Origin: a phage
DNA length: 64,000 bases
Strand: one strand, 5' to 3'
Assembly: GCA_012401045.1 (NCBI GenBank)
Contig: GCA_012401045.1_4704.1
Shown: positions 16,350 to 26,268 of the stretch, piece after piece
How positions within the stretch are numbered: position 1 is the stretch's first letter
How the letters are laid out: each line of letters starts with the position of its first letter
Notes under the pieces: generated by a model
What the model saw: the letters and a program-made list of their open reading frames with translations, nothing else
What the model was told of the DNA's origin: nothing
The model's database searches: none
Made by a program: the position numbers and the translations under genes

Positions 16350-17192
16350 ATGGGTGCTATTGACTACAGTGTAGATCGTATCTGTCGTACAATACCGGCA
16401 GATATCCTACAGTATTGCTATATCGATCGTTACGACTGGCGTAATCGCTATCCTCGTTCCGTAGAAGACATCATTACCGATTGGGTAATCCGTAAACGGG
16501 TTATCGGCGACATCGATATCTACGGGGGACTACAAACCGTTATTCCCCTTGATGATGCAGGTGTCACAATCGAAGAAGTCACCATTAACTGTTATGTTTT
16601 CCACATTCCGTTGGAAGCCACACAGGGACGTTATATCACGTCCGCATTATCCATTATTTCAGGGAGCGTGAACAACTACGGAATAAACTATAACGGGCAA
16701 TGGGGCGCTTTCAACCAAACCCAATTTCAACGTCAGCTTTGTGGGTGGAACCCCGCAAGCAACACGTTACAGCAAGGGATGAACGCGTTCGGTCCCATGA
16801 ACGTTCTTAGTACAGCCAACGTTGATATCATCGCCCCTAACACCATCATGGTGAACAACGTCACGCCTGTACAATTTCCCCTGAGCCTACGCTGTTTCCT
16901 TGCCCACGATCCGGAACTTACCAACCTCAGCATGGAGGTTTGGAACGACTTCTACAAACTCTGTTTATACGCCACGCAAAGTGACATCTACAACAGAACC
17001 GTTATCCGTCTCGATAGAGGTGTTACAGCACAAGGACAAGAAGTCGGTGCATTCAAGGAATACATCGATCGCTTTGCTGATGCTGAAAACACATATCAGG
17101 AATTCCTGAACGAAACGTGGGCAGGCGTTGCTGCCTGGAACGATCCGCAAACTAAACGTCGCGCCATTCGACTACAAACCGGTTACTTCTGA
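16350..17192 (+). CDS. hypothetical protein (280 aa)
   Basis: Lone plus-strand ORF with its own terminator (17206..17230). Confidence 0.6.
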   Translation: MGAIDYSVDRICRTIPADILQYCYIDRYDWRNRYPRSVEDIITDWVIRKRVIGDIDIYGGLQTVIPLDDAGVTIEEVTINCYVFHIPLEATQGRYITSALSIISGSVNNYGINYNGQWGAFNQTQFQRQLCGWNPASNTLQQGMNAFGPMNVLSTANVDIIAPNTIMVNNVTPVQFPLSLRCFLAHDPELTNLSMEVWNDFYKLCLYATQSDIYNRTVIRLDRGVTAQGQEVGAFKEYIDRFADAENTYQEFLNETWAGVAAWNDPQTKRRAIRLQTGYF

Positions 17193-17719
17193 TTAACGAC
17201 AGCTTCCTCCCTCGGTGTTTTCGAGGGAGGTATTTGCCGTTTAAACACTTTCAGCACGTTCGCAAATTCAGCGGCAATAATACAGGCCGAGGTTGATAGC
17301 TTATTACTGAAAATGAGATCGTCCGGTAAACAATCGAACTGAATACCGTATTGCGTCTTTGTCTCATCAACGATCAATGACGGTGTCGATCTTGTCTTCG
17401 CGATGTCGGTGATATACAAACGTAGAAATAATTCACCGTCTTCGCTATCCATAAAACGATAGGCGTTACCAGAAAACGCAACACATGGCGTAACGATAAA
17501 TTGAACACGATCGTCGGTCGGATGGATATTTAACCAACGTTCGATATCATTACTACTCACATTTCGCATATTTACTACGGTAAAAGCAAATAGCGTATCG
17601 TGATGTTTGGAATAATGCAGCACGTACGCCGCACCTTTCTTTTTGTGAATCCCTTCAATGTATTCTATTGTCGTATAGCCGGATTTATATAGCTTTACTT
17701 GCGGTTTATCACTCATCAT
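17183..17719 (-). CDS. hypothetical protein (178 aa)
   Basis: Start moved to the ATG at 17719 (MMSDKPQV...), which overlaps the upstream stop (ATGATGA coupling). Confidence 0.55.
   Translation of the reverse strand: MMSDKPQVKLYKSGYTTIEYIEGIHKKKGAAYVLHYSKHHDTLFAFTVVNMRNVSSNDIERWLNIHPTDDRVQFIVTPCVAFSGNAYRFMDSEDGELFLRLYITDIAKTRSTPSLIVDETKTQYGIQFDCLPDDLIFSNKLSTSACIIAAEFANVLKVFKRQIPPSKTPREEAVVNQK
17206..17230 (+). terminator. intrinsic terminator
   Basis: CCTCCCTCG-GTGTTTT-CGAGGGAGG followed by TATTTGCCGTTT. Confidence 0.6.
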
Positions 17720-18015
17720 AACAACCCTTCCCGTTTCATCGCGGCACGCATACTTGCGTAAAGCGCATTCTTCATTGCACCCGGACGCAACGGATAACAA
17801 ATCTCATATCGACGTCCTTGTTTTACAGCAATTTTCCTTCCATTCAGAAACAACGTGCCATTATCCAGCAACAACTCACCTTGTAGTACCATGAGTCCTG
17901 CTTTAACATGACGTCCTTCTTCTTTCGTTAAGACCTTATAGCCGTGTTTATCCAATAACCACAATTCGTAGATACCATGCGCAGCCTTCGGCATTACTTT
18001 CTTCTTCGTCGTCAT
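17716..18015 (-). CDS. hypothetical protein (99 aa)
   Basis: AAGGAGG RBS 7 nt upstream of the ATG. Confidence 0.6.
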   Translation of the reverse strand: MTTKKKVMPKAAHGIYELWLLDKHGYKVLTKEEGRHVKAGLMVLQGELLLDNGTLFLNGRKIAVKQGRRYEICYPLRPGAMKNALYASMRAAMKREGLL

Positions 18016-18027
18016 GGAAGATCCTCC

Positions 18028-18402
18028 TTAAACTCCTTGTCGGATCATCACCAACCGGAGCATGTTGTATTCCAATGTAGCGCTTTCTAATTCGAATTCA
18101 TATCGATACCAGAAATTCGGCTCTAATTGACCTACAACACATTTACGAACATCTGTCTGCACCTTCCTCGACAACACCTGTAACAGTTGTGTTATCTCCG
18201 GCTTGAAGTAATGCGCCAAACCTAACTGATCAGAATAAAACAGGCCACAATCAAAGATGGCCTGTAAAATAACATATTCAACCATCAGGTGACGCGCATC
18301 GGGGTCAGGGAATGGCGAACGTAAAGCGAGATCTAACACATCGACGATTGGGCCGACATAAATGGCGGCACGGTACTCACGAATAACACTGATGTTATCC
18401 AT
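18028..18402 (-). CDS. hypothetical protein (124 aa)
   Basis: Complete ORF within a minus-strand operon. Confidence 0.55.
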   Translation of the reverse strand: MDNISVIREYRAAIYVGPIVDVLDLALRSPFPDPDARHLMVEYVILQAIFDCGLFYSDQLGLAHYFKPEITQLLQVLSRKVQTDVRKCVVGQLEPNFWYRYEFELESATLEYNMLRLVMIRQGV

Positions 18403-18415
18403 GATAACCTATTCG

Positions 18416-19240
18416 TTAACTGTCGCTTTCTGACGTATCGACGTAGTTGAAAATACGATCCCGTAAACACTCGTAACGAGGCAACGCGCTAAGAATGATC
18501 ATCTTCAACTGCATCGCGATCGATACACGTTCTTCATCCGATGCATCGTCTCCCCATTTACCCGGCTTAACCTGAATGGGTTCGTGCGGATCCTGCGGGA
18601 ATATAAAGCTTAACAACAGATAATCCGTGCGGAACTCCCACACTTCTCGACCGTCGTTATCGGTTTCCTTACGCAACGTGAAGAGTTGACGTTCGGTGGT
18701 TGGATCCAACATCAGCGGTCGGCCACGAACAATCTCCAGTTTACGTGGGCTGACGAACGTCGTACGTTCAGGAAGGTATTTTTCAACATCATCCGTATCC
18801 AACAAGAACAAAATGATGTCGTCGAAATACTTCGGTGCGTACGTGTGTATCGGTTCACCGTCGCTATACGAAGAGATCTCTTGAAGTATTGGTGTCTTAC
18901 ACGAAAAGTTCTGGCATGAGCCGCGGGTGATCGGTAAGGTGGTCCATTGATGTTCTGTAGACAATTCAACAGGCACTAACGGATAGTCATCAATGAAAAC
19001 CACACACGTTGTACTAATGGGTATTCTTCCATCATTACCGGGTTCAAAAACCAAACGTATCTTACCGGTAATCAACGCCATCTCATCTGGCATTAAATGG
19101 CTTGCTGAACGGGCAAGTCTGAAACCGGCCGCCTGTTTATAAGGTTCGGGTTTATAGCCACGGACAATAAGAGAGACATCCGCAAGTTCAACGCTCACGA
19201 ACGCATCTTTGGTGTCTTCATTGTTCGTCGTTAACGTCAT
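18416..19240 (-). CDS. hypothetical protein (274 aa)
   Basis: Complete ORF with a 23-nt overlap with the upstream gene. Confidence 0.55.
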   Translation of the reverse strand: MTLTTNNEDTKDAFVSVELADVSLIVRGYKPEPYKQAAGFRLARSASHLMPDEMALITGKIRLVFEPGNDGRIPISTTCVVFIDDYPLVPVELSTEHQWTTLPITRGSCQNFSCKTPILQEISSYSDGEPIHTYAPKYFDDIILFLLDTDDVEKYLPERTTFVSPRKLEIVRGRPLMLDPTTERQLFTLRKETDNDGREVWEFRTDYLLLSFIFPQDPHEPIQVKPGKWGDDASDEERVSIAMQLKMIILSALPRYECLRDRIFNYVDTSESDS

Positions 19241-20255
19241 TGTTCATTTTCTCCATTGCAACGAATCGTTCAAGCTCGCGTAATAAACGCTCTTTTAACG
19301 CAGGATCAACTTCCGGAGCATGTTTATCGCGATACCATTCGGTCCCGTTGTATTGCAGGCTAACATGCCATGTTCCTAACGGGCTTTCCTCTGCAGCGGC
19401 GATGAAATTCTTAACGCCGGTTTTGGTAGGATACTCCATGATAGGAATAGCCTGCTTCAGATCCATTACGGTAAGATCCTGGAAGTTATAATCCAGGAGC
19501 GTTAATGCACGTTTGTCGCGTAACAGTAACCCGCAATCCAAGATAGTGAAATCGATACCCCAAAATTGTAGCTTACCGCCCGTACTGATAGGAATATGAC
19601 CGCGATAAACCGCGAGATAAATCTCACCTTTATCGGTTTCTTTATTGTATCCTGCGATGAATGCTGCGGTAATTAACGGCTGATCGCCTTTCGCAAAGAA
19701 AACAGGATGCGTACGATAAAGCCAATCATTACGGATTAAATCGGATACCTGACCTAAACGTGCCGTGGGCACCATTGTCGATCCTAAGTCACTATTACTA
19801 ACTTCGAATTGGTAATATTCAAACAGAACACCGTCGACTTCTTCTTTAGCGTATGGTTCACGATCCGGATTAGCGAGTATATAACGCAACTTATTATCGA
19901 TTTCGGCTACGCGTTCCTCATGGGTATCCATAAGGCTAGTGACGACGAAAGCAGCCAGATTACGTACGCTAAGGAACACGTCGTCTTTCTCCTGGTCGCT
20001 TAGTCCTTCTTCATCTGCTAGCGTTGTCCAATGCAGTGGTCCCTCCACCATTTTCAACCATTTGTCTTCACGCTCTGGGTAAACAAAGGGCTTGTGTACA
20101 GGAACGCTGGTATGCTGCACACGCAATAGTAACGAACAAGGGGATTGCATTATCGACTCCCATGGCACTATACCACTCGTGACAGCGATGACGTGACGAT
20201 TAAGAACAAGAGAAGCTGAATAAGTAATGTTATCTAATCCTGGTAATTGATCCAT
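19218..20255 (-). CDS. hypothetical protein (345 aa)
   Basis: First gene after the 308-nt AT-rich intergenic region. Confidence 0.6.
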   Translation of the reverse strand: MDQLPGLDNITYSASLVLNRHVIAVTSGIVPWESIMQSPCSLLLRVQHTSVPVHKPFVYPEREDKWLKMVEGPLHWTTLADEEGLSDQEKDDVFLSVRNLAAFVVTSLMDTHEERVAEIDNKLRYILANPDREPYAKEEVDGVLFEYYQFEVSNSDLGSTMVPTARLGQVSDLIRNDWLYRTHPVFFAKGDQPLITAAFIAGYNKETDKGEIYLAVYRGHIPISTGGKLQFWGIDFTILDCGLLLRDKRALTLLDYNFQDLTVMDLKQAIPIMEYPTKTGVKNFIAAAEESPLGTWHVSLQYNGTEWYRDKHAPEVDPALKERLLRELERFVAMEKMNNDVNDEQ

Positions 20256-20510
20256 GATAGAAATCCTTAGTATGTTTGATATGTTGTTTAATTAACATAT
20301 TAAGTTTAAAAGAGGTTATGTTTTACGTATTGTTAATAACGTATTCTTATCTCTATTAAGTTATGTTCTATCTAAAGATAGTAAACAGATATAATGCTCC
20401 CCACCTCCCCATTCTCCCAAGTAATACTGGCCTACCGGCTCTCTCCTTTTTAAGGGAGAGAGTAAGCATTCAGTATTGCTCAAATGAATAAGCAAAACAG
20501 TATAAACTTA

Positions 20511-20534
20511 CCGTCTCGAGTTATCTCGAGACGG
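20511..20534 (-). terminator. stem-loop terminator
   Basis: Perfect 10-bp CCGTCTCGAG-TTAT-CTCGAGACGG hairpin 30 nt after the stop at 20564. A second hairpin lies at 20439..20462. Confidence 0.6.
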
Positions 20535-20563
20535 CGTAGTAGTATCTGTTTATCTCTTTTATG

Positions 20564-20917
20564 CTAACAGCCTATTTCTGCATGAACCTTTAACGATTCG
20601 AATACATCTTGCTTCTTTATCATCGTCTTGTATAAACGTGATTGAGCAATGATCTTTATCCATTGTTGTGGATCGCGTAAATTCACATTTTCAAAACGGG
20701 GTGGGGTATTATCTCCGTCGAGTCGGATATACCCTAAGAGCAATCCTTCATGGTCTCCTCGACGGATTTCGATATGCGGTTTGAGGAAGACATGATTGTC
20801 TGGTGGATACCAGCTTACGGTGTAGTAATGGTTTCCTGAAACAACGAATTCGTGAACGGCTTTTGTCTCATCGTCAATGACCGCATTTACGCTGGGAATC
20901 ATTAATTTTTGAAGCAT
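20564..20917 (-). CDS. hypothetical protein (117 aa)
   Basis: Complete ORF followed by two hairpins. Confidence 0.55.
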   Translation of the reverse strand: MLQKLMIPSVNAVIDDETKAVHEFVVSGNHYYTVSWYPPDNHVFLKPHIEIRRGDHEGLLLGYIRLDGDNTPPRFENVNLRDPQQWIKIIAQSRLYKTMIKKQDVFESLKVHAEIGC

Positions 20918-21501
20918 GGGACATAAACCTCCATCAACATCGCATAAAGCGCACCAAGCCCATGCAGGACTTGGTTAGGTGCAAAGGTCGGAGTGTAGCA
21001 TACTTGTTCGGTTGGTGCTTGTTGACGTAAGTCTAACGGATCTCCGTTGATAAGCATCTGCAGGAGATCAGCATCATCTTGCAATGTGTCTTCATCGATA
21101 TACGCATCAACACAAAGCAGTCGGTGTAACTGTTCTGGTTTAATTGAAATACCTACAACCATGCAGTTGTTGTAGGTGGCGTTGTCCAGAAAGAAGTGAA
21201 TGACGCCCGCTTGAGGATCGCCACCGTAGTGGAGCCAACGCGTAAAACCAGCCGACATCATCCATAGCGGGTTGTGTTGTAACGCACTGACGACGCGGGT
21301 CTCGAAATCCAAACCAAACTTCTGGAAGATTGCGCCCATCTGGAAACGATCTTCATCGAGACGGTAACGGAATATACAGGCATCCGATCCCGTTGAGTTA
21401 TCATACACCGAAAGATACCCACGATGGATTTCCACGGTAACATTGTTGTCGTCAAGCGTGGCGCTCGCAACGCCGTTAGAAAAGGTTGGAACAAAGCTCA
21501 T
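20902..21501 (-). CDS. hypothetical protein (199 aa)
   Basis: Complete ORF with a 4-nt overlap with the upstream gene. Confidence 0.55.
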   Translation of the reverse strand: MSFVPTFSNGVASATLDDNNVTVEIHRGYLSVYDNSTGSDACIFRYRLDEDRFQMGAIFQKFGLDFETRVVSALQHNPLWMMSAGFTRWLHYGGDPQAGVIHFFLDNATYNNCMVVGISIKPEQLHRLLCVDAYIDEDTLQDDADLLQMLINGDPLDLRQQAPTEQVCYTPTFAPNQVLHGLGALYAMLMEVYVPCFKN

Positions 21502-22049
21502 CTTGTAATCCTTAATTTACCTGAATGAATTATCGTTGATGGGTCCACGACGCGACCGTATTTCGCGTTACGTAATACACGATGCCCAAAGAAGTCAGCG
21601 GTTTCCAAAACAACCGTGTAACAACCCAGCTGATGTTGATGTCCCCAAAACCGTTCAATGGGAATCCAGCAGGGCGACATGCCTTTGTGTCGCCAATCCG
21701 TAACACAGCCGAATTCAGCAAACTGTTCAGTAAACCACTCGTCAATGTCGGTATCCGTAAAGAGAAACACGTGGTTTTTAACCAGATAAGCGAACCCAGG
21801 ATAAAAAAGCTGAGGGTCATCTGGGTCACGGAGATAAACACGAAGTTTGTCTAGCGTACCCTCGACAACGATTGTATCGGGTAATCCTGGCGGCGTGAAC
21901 CGAAGTTGGAAGTTATCCTCGTTTGCCGAGGCGTTAACCAAATACCCCAGTTGAAGGGGTCGATGCAATTCGAAAAGGTTAAACGTTAATGCATATTCGA
22001 TATACTCTAATCCTATATTCATGTCTGACCTATGTGGTATGGACGGCAT
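21498..22049 (-). CDS. hypothetical protein (183 aa)
   Basis: GGAAGG RBS. A variant early-type motif lies 32 nt upstream. Confidence 0.55.
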   Translation of the reverse strand: MPSIPHRSDMNIGLEYIEYALTFNLFELHRPLQLGYLVNASANEDNFQLRFTPPGLPDTIVVEGTLDKLRVYLRDPDDPQLFYPGFAYLVKNHVFLFTDTDIDEWFTEQFAEFGCVTDWRHKGMSPCWIPIERFWGHQHQLGCYTVVLETADFFGHRVLRNAKYGRVVDPSTIIHSGKLRITR

Positions 22050-22070
22050 TGCATTGCCTTCCGCGAGTGT

Positions 22071-22091
22071 AATCAGGAAGGTAATGTAGGT
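22071..22091 (-). promoter_or_regulatory. variant early-type motif
   Basis: Minus strand reads ACCTACATTACCTTCCTGATT, one mismatch to TATATTACCT. It lies 32 nt upstream of the start at 22049. Confidence 0.4.
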
Positions 22092-22160
22092 TTATTTTAA
22101 TCTCCATTTCGCGATGATATGACAGTCTTTATTACGTTTACCATCTGAGGGAGCATGCTC

Positions 22161-23399
22161 ATGTCTTCTATTTTACAGGTGTTTAATGCGCATGCGGAAG
22201 GCATTGACATCGACGAGTATTTTGTTAATCAGGTTATCCGTTACGCGACACGCTTCCGTACGCAAGACCAAGAACACATGCGTTTTTTCGGTGGGGTTCT
22301 GTTAGGTGTACAGAAAATCCGATTCACAACAAGACATAACGATACATGGTTTTCAGACGTCTTGATGATGGATGAAGAAAGCTTACGACGCGATTTGAGT
22401 AAACTACCCTTCTACAATACGCAGACCAACCGTGTTGCCTCAAACGCCTTTAACCTAAGTTGCTGTTGGTTGCTTTATGCGATCTTCCACAGCAAACAAA
22501 TCAAAAAAGAAAAGGTTCGTGAAGCCGGGATGCTTGCAGCAATGCAAGTCCTCCATTATAAATTCATTTGCGGTCTGGTAGCACGACGTTATCCTTATAA
22601 CGCCGATCCGGCTATCGCCATTAAGGCGTACGATGAGTTAACCCTCAAATCAGGCATCAAGCGCATGAATAGCTGGAATGAGTACATCGACGAACGCTGT
22701 AACGCCATCATTGCGCGCAATAGCACGCATTTCAGTCGCTGGTCAACCCTGGAACCAGATAGTGTCGCCGAACGTTTTGTGCGTGATGTGAATACCGGAA
22801 TCCGTAAGGTTATCAACCGTATCACCGATACGTACTATGCGATGTATGAAGAGGGTAAGAAGATAGGCACGTCCTCTCAAACTGTAGAATTAGACGACGG
22901 CCTCGCTGTTCGCGATATCAAACGCAACGAAACCACTTATCGTCAATATCTGTTCGAAATCGCTTATGACCGAACAAGTTTCGTTAAACGTGAACTCATG
23001 GTCGTCATCCTCGACGTGCATCATACTACCAATCTTTTATCCCTTGAGCGAGCGTTAAGCTATATCAGCGCTAACGTAGAACGACCGACAAGAGACGGAA
23101 AACAGGTCTCTCAGATGTTGCGGCTTGTAATGGAGCATGCTATCGAGTATATCATCTTGAATAAGGTCGATATGCGCGATCTTACGTTCTTATTCTACAT
23201 GCGTAACGTGTACACGTCCAACCGTACCAGCAACCCGAAACTGTTAGAACTGCGTAAACTTGGCTCTGAAGTCATTAAGAAAGCAACCAACGCGAGAAAC
23301 GACGCTGAAGCTGCAGCGACACGTACCGGTGTCTTTCTGTATATCCTGCTTCGTGTGTTTAGCCGTAACTATTACGTTCGACGTGCGATGTCACGTTAA
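22161..23399 (+). CDS. hypothetical protein (412 aa)
   Basis: Start moved to the ATG at 22161 (MSSILQV...), 7 nt after a GAGGGAG RBS. Confidence 0.6.
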   Translation: MSSILQVFNAHAEGIDIDEYFVNQVIRYATRFRTQDQEHMRFFGGVLLGVQKIRFTTRHNDTWFSDVLMMDEESLRRDLSKLPFYNTQTNRVASNAFNLSCCWLLYAIFHSKQIKKEKVREAGMLAAMQVLHYKFICGLVARRYPYNADPAIAIKAYDELTLKSGIKRMNSWNEYIDERCNAIIARNSTHFSRWSTLEPDSVAERFVRDVNTGIRKVINRITDTYYAMYEEGKKIGTSSQTVELDDGLAVRDIKRNETTYRQYLFEIAYDRTSFVKRELMVVILDVHHTTNLLSLERALSYISANVERPTRDGKQVSQMLRLVMEHAIEYIILNKVDMRDLTFLFYMRNVYTSNRTSNPKLLELRKLGSEVIKKATNARNDAEAAATRTGVFLYILLRVFSRNYYVRRAMSR

Positions 23400-23551
23400 C
23401 AATGTAACGGTAAAACTTTACTGACGTTGGTTATTATTTGAAGCATAGGGCTTCACCCAGGAGTACCATCCCTTTAAGTCGTTTATCCTCTCCTGGTTAA
23501 CTGTCGTTCTCTCACAGTGCTCGACAGACCAAAAATGCTCAGGCCTCATAG

Positions 23552-23580
23552 CCTCCTCTGGGAATGGAACCCAGAGGAGG
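23552..23580. terminator. bidirectional stem-loop between convergent genes
   Basis: 11-bp CCTCCTCTGGG / CCCAGAGGAGG stem. Confidence 0.6.
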
Positions 23581-23592
23581 ACTATGTTTGCC

Positions 23593-23901
23593 TTAAAATT
23601 CAACGCGACCTTTTGTCGTAAACAATACACCTCTTTGCCAACAGAAAAGATCCTCCGATTGAGCGCAAACACGAATACCCGCATCGAATAGATGTTTTGT
23701 TCTAGCGCTTAAACAATCAGGATCTTCTACATACAACAGAAGACGTTGGCATTTATTTTGAATGCGTTCGACAAGGATGTTCTTATCGCTTAAAATAAAA
23801 TGCGCGTTATCTGTTAAGTTATCGTCGGTTTCCAGCTGCTTGACAAGTTTGATTAAAATACGTAATTGCTCAAGTGTGTCATGATCAAGTGAATCACCCA
23901 T
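23593..23901 (-). CDS. hypothetical protein (102 aa)
   Basis: Start moved to the ATG at 23901 (MGDSLDH...) with a GAGG RBS. The tracked start is a TTG. Confidence 0.5.
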   Translation of the reverse strand: MGDSLDHDTLEQLRILIKLVKQLETDDNLTDNAHFILSDKNILVERIQNKCQRLLLYVEDPDCLSARTKHLFDAGIRVCAQSEDLFCWQRGVLFTTKGRVEF

Positions 23902-23948
23902 GGCGTACCTCAACGTTATACGTCGTTTGTATTATAATACGCTATCGT

Positions 23949-23972
23949 CTCCCCGCCAGTATTAACGGGGAG
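23949..23972 (-). terminator. stem-loop after terminase
   Basis: CTCCCCG / CGGGGAG stem 15 nt after the terL stop. Confidence 0.45.
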
Positions 23973-23986
23973 TCTGCAGACTACTC

Positions 23987-26218
23987 TTAGAAAAAACCGC
24001 CCGGGCGGTATTGACCCATCGTCATCCACGCATTACGAGAAATATTCCGTTCATTCGAAGAGCGGCTTATTTGACGATAAGTATTCGCTCGTTCCTCCCT
24101 TGCTTTCGTGATCATCGCATCAATAGAAACAGCCGCTGAATCCTCCCCACGTATTTTTCCTTTATACGTAAGAAGCTCTGCCTCCAATCGATCCAAGATA
24201 AGGCCGTTGGTTTCGGTCTTAAGCAACTCATAGATTTCAGCAACGCGTTGACGTAGCTTCGCCTGCTGTTGGTTAAGATACGCTTCATACGGATCGATTT
24301 CACCCGTTACAGATGCTGGTAAACGACTCATGACTTTAAGTGGATCGATACCGTAATGGATCTGTTTCTTAGCACGCTTGATGAACCACATCGCTAACAT
24401 CCATGCGAACGTCATGTCATCGTGCATTCCATCCTGGTGATCGACACGCCCATCTTTGATAACCAATCCGAGGATCTCGGAACACAGCATCTTGTCACGT
24501 AACTGCCCGCGGGTTTCTACAATACCTTCCATCAAGATGTCGGAATACAACTCCATACGTTTGCGCGCATCCGTTGTGAAGCCTAAATGCCGTTTACGTT
24601 GAGCATACCAACTTTCATCACGCATGCTCAATGGTAATTTCAGGTCTTCGAACATCGCTGGATTATCAGCATGCCTGTCTACAATCGTGTTGTATACGCG
24701 TTTGAACACGTCGATGCCCGCTTGCCGCAAGAACTCTTCAATTGCGTCTAACAGCATGATTGCACTGCTTTTACGTTCAGGAATCAACGTAACGTTCTTA
24801 AAACGCATCATGAAGTTGGCCATCCAACGAGCAAAAGAAAGCAGACTCAGTTTATTAAAACGTCCTGTCGCAACAACTTCTGCTGTTTCTACATCCACCA
24901 TCACCAAACCGATAGCGTCACGACCTATTGCATCGCTGGTGTCTAAACCAGCAACCACCTTATTGTTCTGCATGTATGTCTCGATTTTACCTCGAGGTAT
25001 ATACCAGTTAATGCAGTAGCCTTCAGGTGAGATCTCGATATGGTCGATTTCACGTTGTCCCGCCATGATCATCTCAACCATCTCAGCGGTTAACGGGCTT
25101 TCTGCTGAACCGTTGGTCCAGATGTTCATGTAGTCGCGGTCTTTCTGAAGTTTATCACCTTCCGTTTCGTTCATGGTTTTTGCTAACCATTCATCACTGA
25201 AGCCCAGCTGAGCGTGGTTCCATTGTGCCCCGATCCTGACGGTTGCTTTGCTGAGCTCGCACGGCACGTTGTTCAATACCGTCTGATGCAGATGCTTTTC
25301 ATTACGGCAGTCAAAGAAACTTTCAGAGAACGGCGCTGAACGCATGAAAACTTCATAAGCCCATTTGCCTTCGCGTTTATCCAATTCACCTGCTGTTGTC
25401 GTATAGATGATACTCGTCAGGTCGCCGTTGCTTAATGCTTCATCGCGTGCCGCACCCATCGCACCGATACCAGCAGGAACAATGATTTCGATGTATTTCG
25501 TAAACGCGGTTTCGTCGCTATGAAATAGCGGGGTTGTTAGACCACGGCCGATGTTTGTTGCTTGTTTCTTATCCGAACGTGGAATCTTTACCGATAACTT
25601 GTTCTTGAAACGTGTGTAGGTTACGTTCTCTTTGTTCGATGAATCACGGCTATCCAGCGTCCAGAGATACGCAGGCAGCAGATCACGTATACTACGCACA
25701 TCTTCTACTGTTTTCGTACGGGCATCACCGTCTTTTGTTAACTGAATAACCTCGGTGTTTCGACTACGAACATAGGTTAGATAGCAGAACAATCCTAACA
25801 TGGTCATGGATTTACCCGTCTGACGTATCTGTATCTGATACCAGTTCGTTCGGGTAAATATTCCCCAGAGCATCGGAATGTTACCGCGGTTAGCACGGAA
25901 TGAAATTTTGTTATCACCCGCTTTAGCCGGAACACGCATCACTTCACGGAAGAAGTACCATGGATTAAGATAGCATTCCGCACTGATCATCTGAATCTGT
26001 TCTGACGTCAAATTCGGTGCGTGGGGATCAACACCAATCAATCTTGGGTTTAATAACGCCATGAAAAACGCAGAGTTCCGGACACCGAATTCACGACGAT
26101 ATAAGATCGCTAAATCACGCCAACTTGTGTTTGTTGTTTCCCAGTGTGGAACAGCCTGAGGAAAATAATCCCAATCTTCCTCAAACAAGATGATTTTCTT
26201 CGGATCGACAATCGACAT
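23987..26218 (-). CDS. terL: terminase large subunit (743 aa)
   Basis: Walker-A-like QIRQTGKSMT near residue 130. C-terminal nuclease-like acidic segment (VAGLDTSDAIGRDAIGLVMVD). Size and organisation are typical of jumbo-phage TerL. Confidence 0.75.
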   Translation of the reverse strand: MSIVDPKKIILFEEDWDYFPQAVPHWETTNTSWRDLAILYRREFGVRNSAFFMALLNPRLIGVDPHAPNLTSEQIQMISAECYLNPWYFFREVMRVPAKAGDNKISFRANRGNIPMLWGIFTRTNWYQIQIRQTGKSMTMLGLFCYLTYVRSRNTEVIQLTKDGDARTKTVEDVRSIRDLLPAYLWTLDSRDSSNKENVTYTRFKNKLSVKIPRSDKKQATNIGRGLTTPLFHSDETAFTKYIEIIVPAGIGAMGAARDEALSNGDLTSIIYTTTAGELDKREGKWAYEVFMRSAPFSESFFDCRNEKHLHQTVLNNVPCELSKATVRIGAQWNHAQLGFSDEWLAKTMNETEGDKLQKDRDYMNIWTNGSAESPLTAEMVEMIMAGQREIDHIEISPEGYCINWYIPRGKIETYMQNNKVVAGLDTSDAIGRDAIGLVMVDVETAEVVATGRFNKLSLLSFARWMANFMMRFKNVTLIPERKSSAIMLLDAIEEFLRQAGIDVFKRVYNTIVDRHADNPAMFEDLKLPLSMRDESWYAQRKRHLGFTTDARKRMELYSDILMEGIVETRGQLRDKMLCSEILGLVIKDGRVDHQDGMHDDMTFAWMLAMWFIKRAKKQIHYGIDPLKVMSRLPASVTGEIDPYEAYLNQQQAKLRQRVAEIYELLKTETNGLILDRLEAELLTYKGKIRGEDSAAVSIDAMITKAREERANTYRQISRSSNERNISRNAWMTMGQYRPGGFF

Positions 26219-26230
26219 ATAAACTCCTCC

Positions 26231-26257
26231 GATGGAGGGTGCCGAGCACCCTCCATC
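26231..26257 (-). terminator. stem-loop (partial terminator) upstream of terL
   Basis: Perfect 12-bp GATGGAGGGTGC-CGA-GCACCCTCCATC hairpin. Confidence 0.55.
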
Positions 26258-26268
26258 GTTGTATTACC

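Noticed and set aside
23418-23684. An 88-aa minus-strand ORF between convergent genes.
   Set aside because: It runs straight through the 11-bp bidirectional terminator hairpin (23552..23580) and overlaps the 3' end of 23593..23901. A shorter product (from MRPEHFW, 23418..23549) cannot be excluded but has no RBS.
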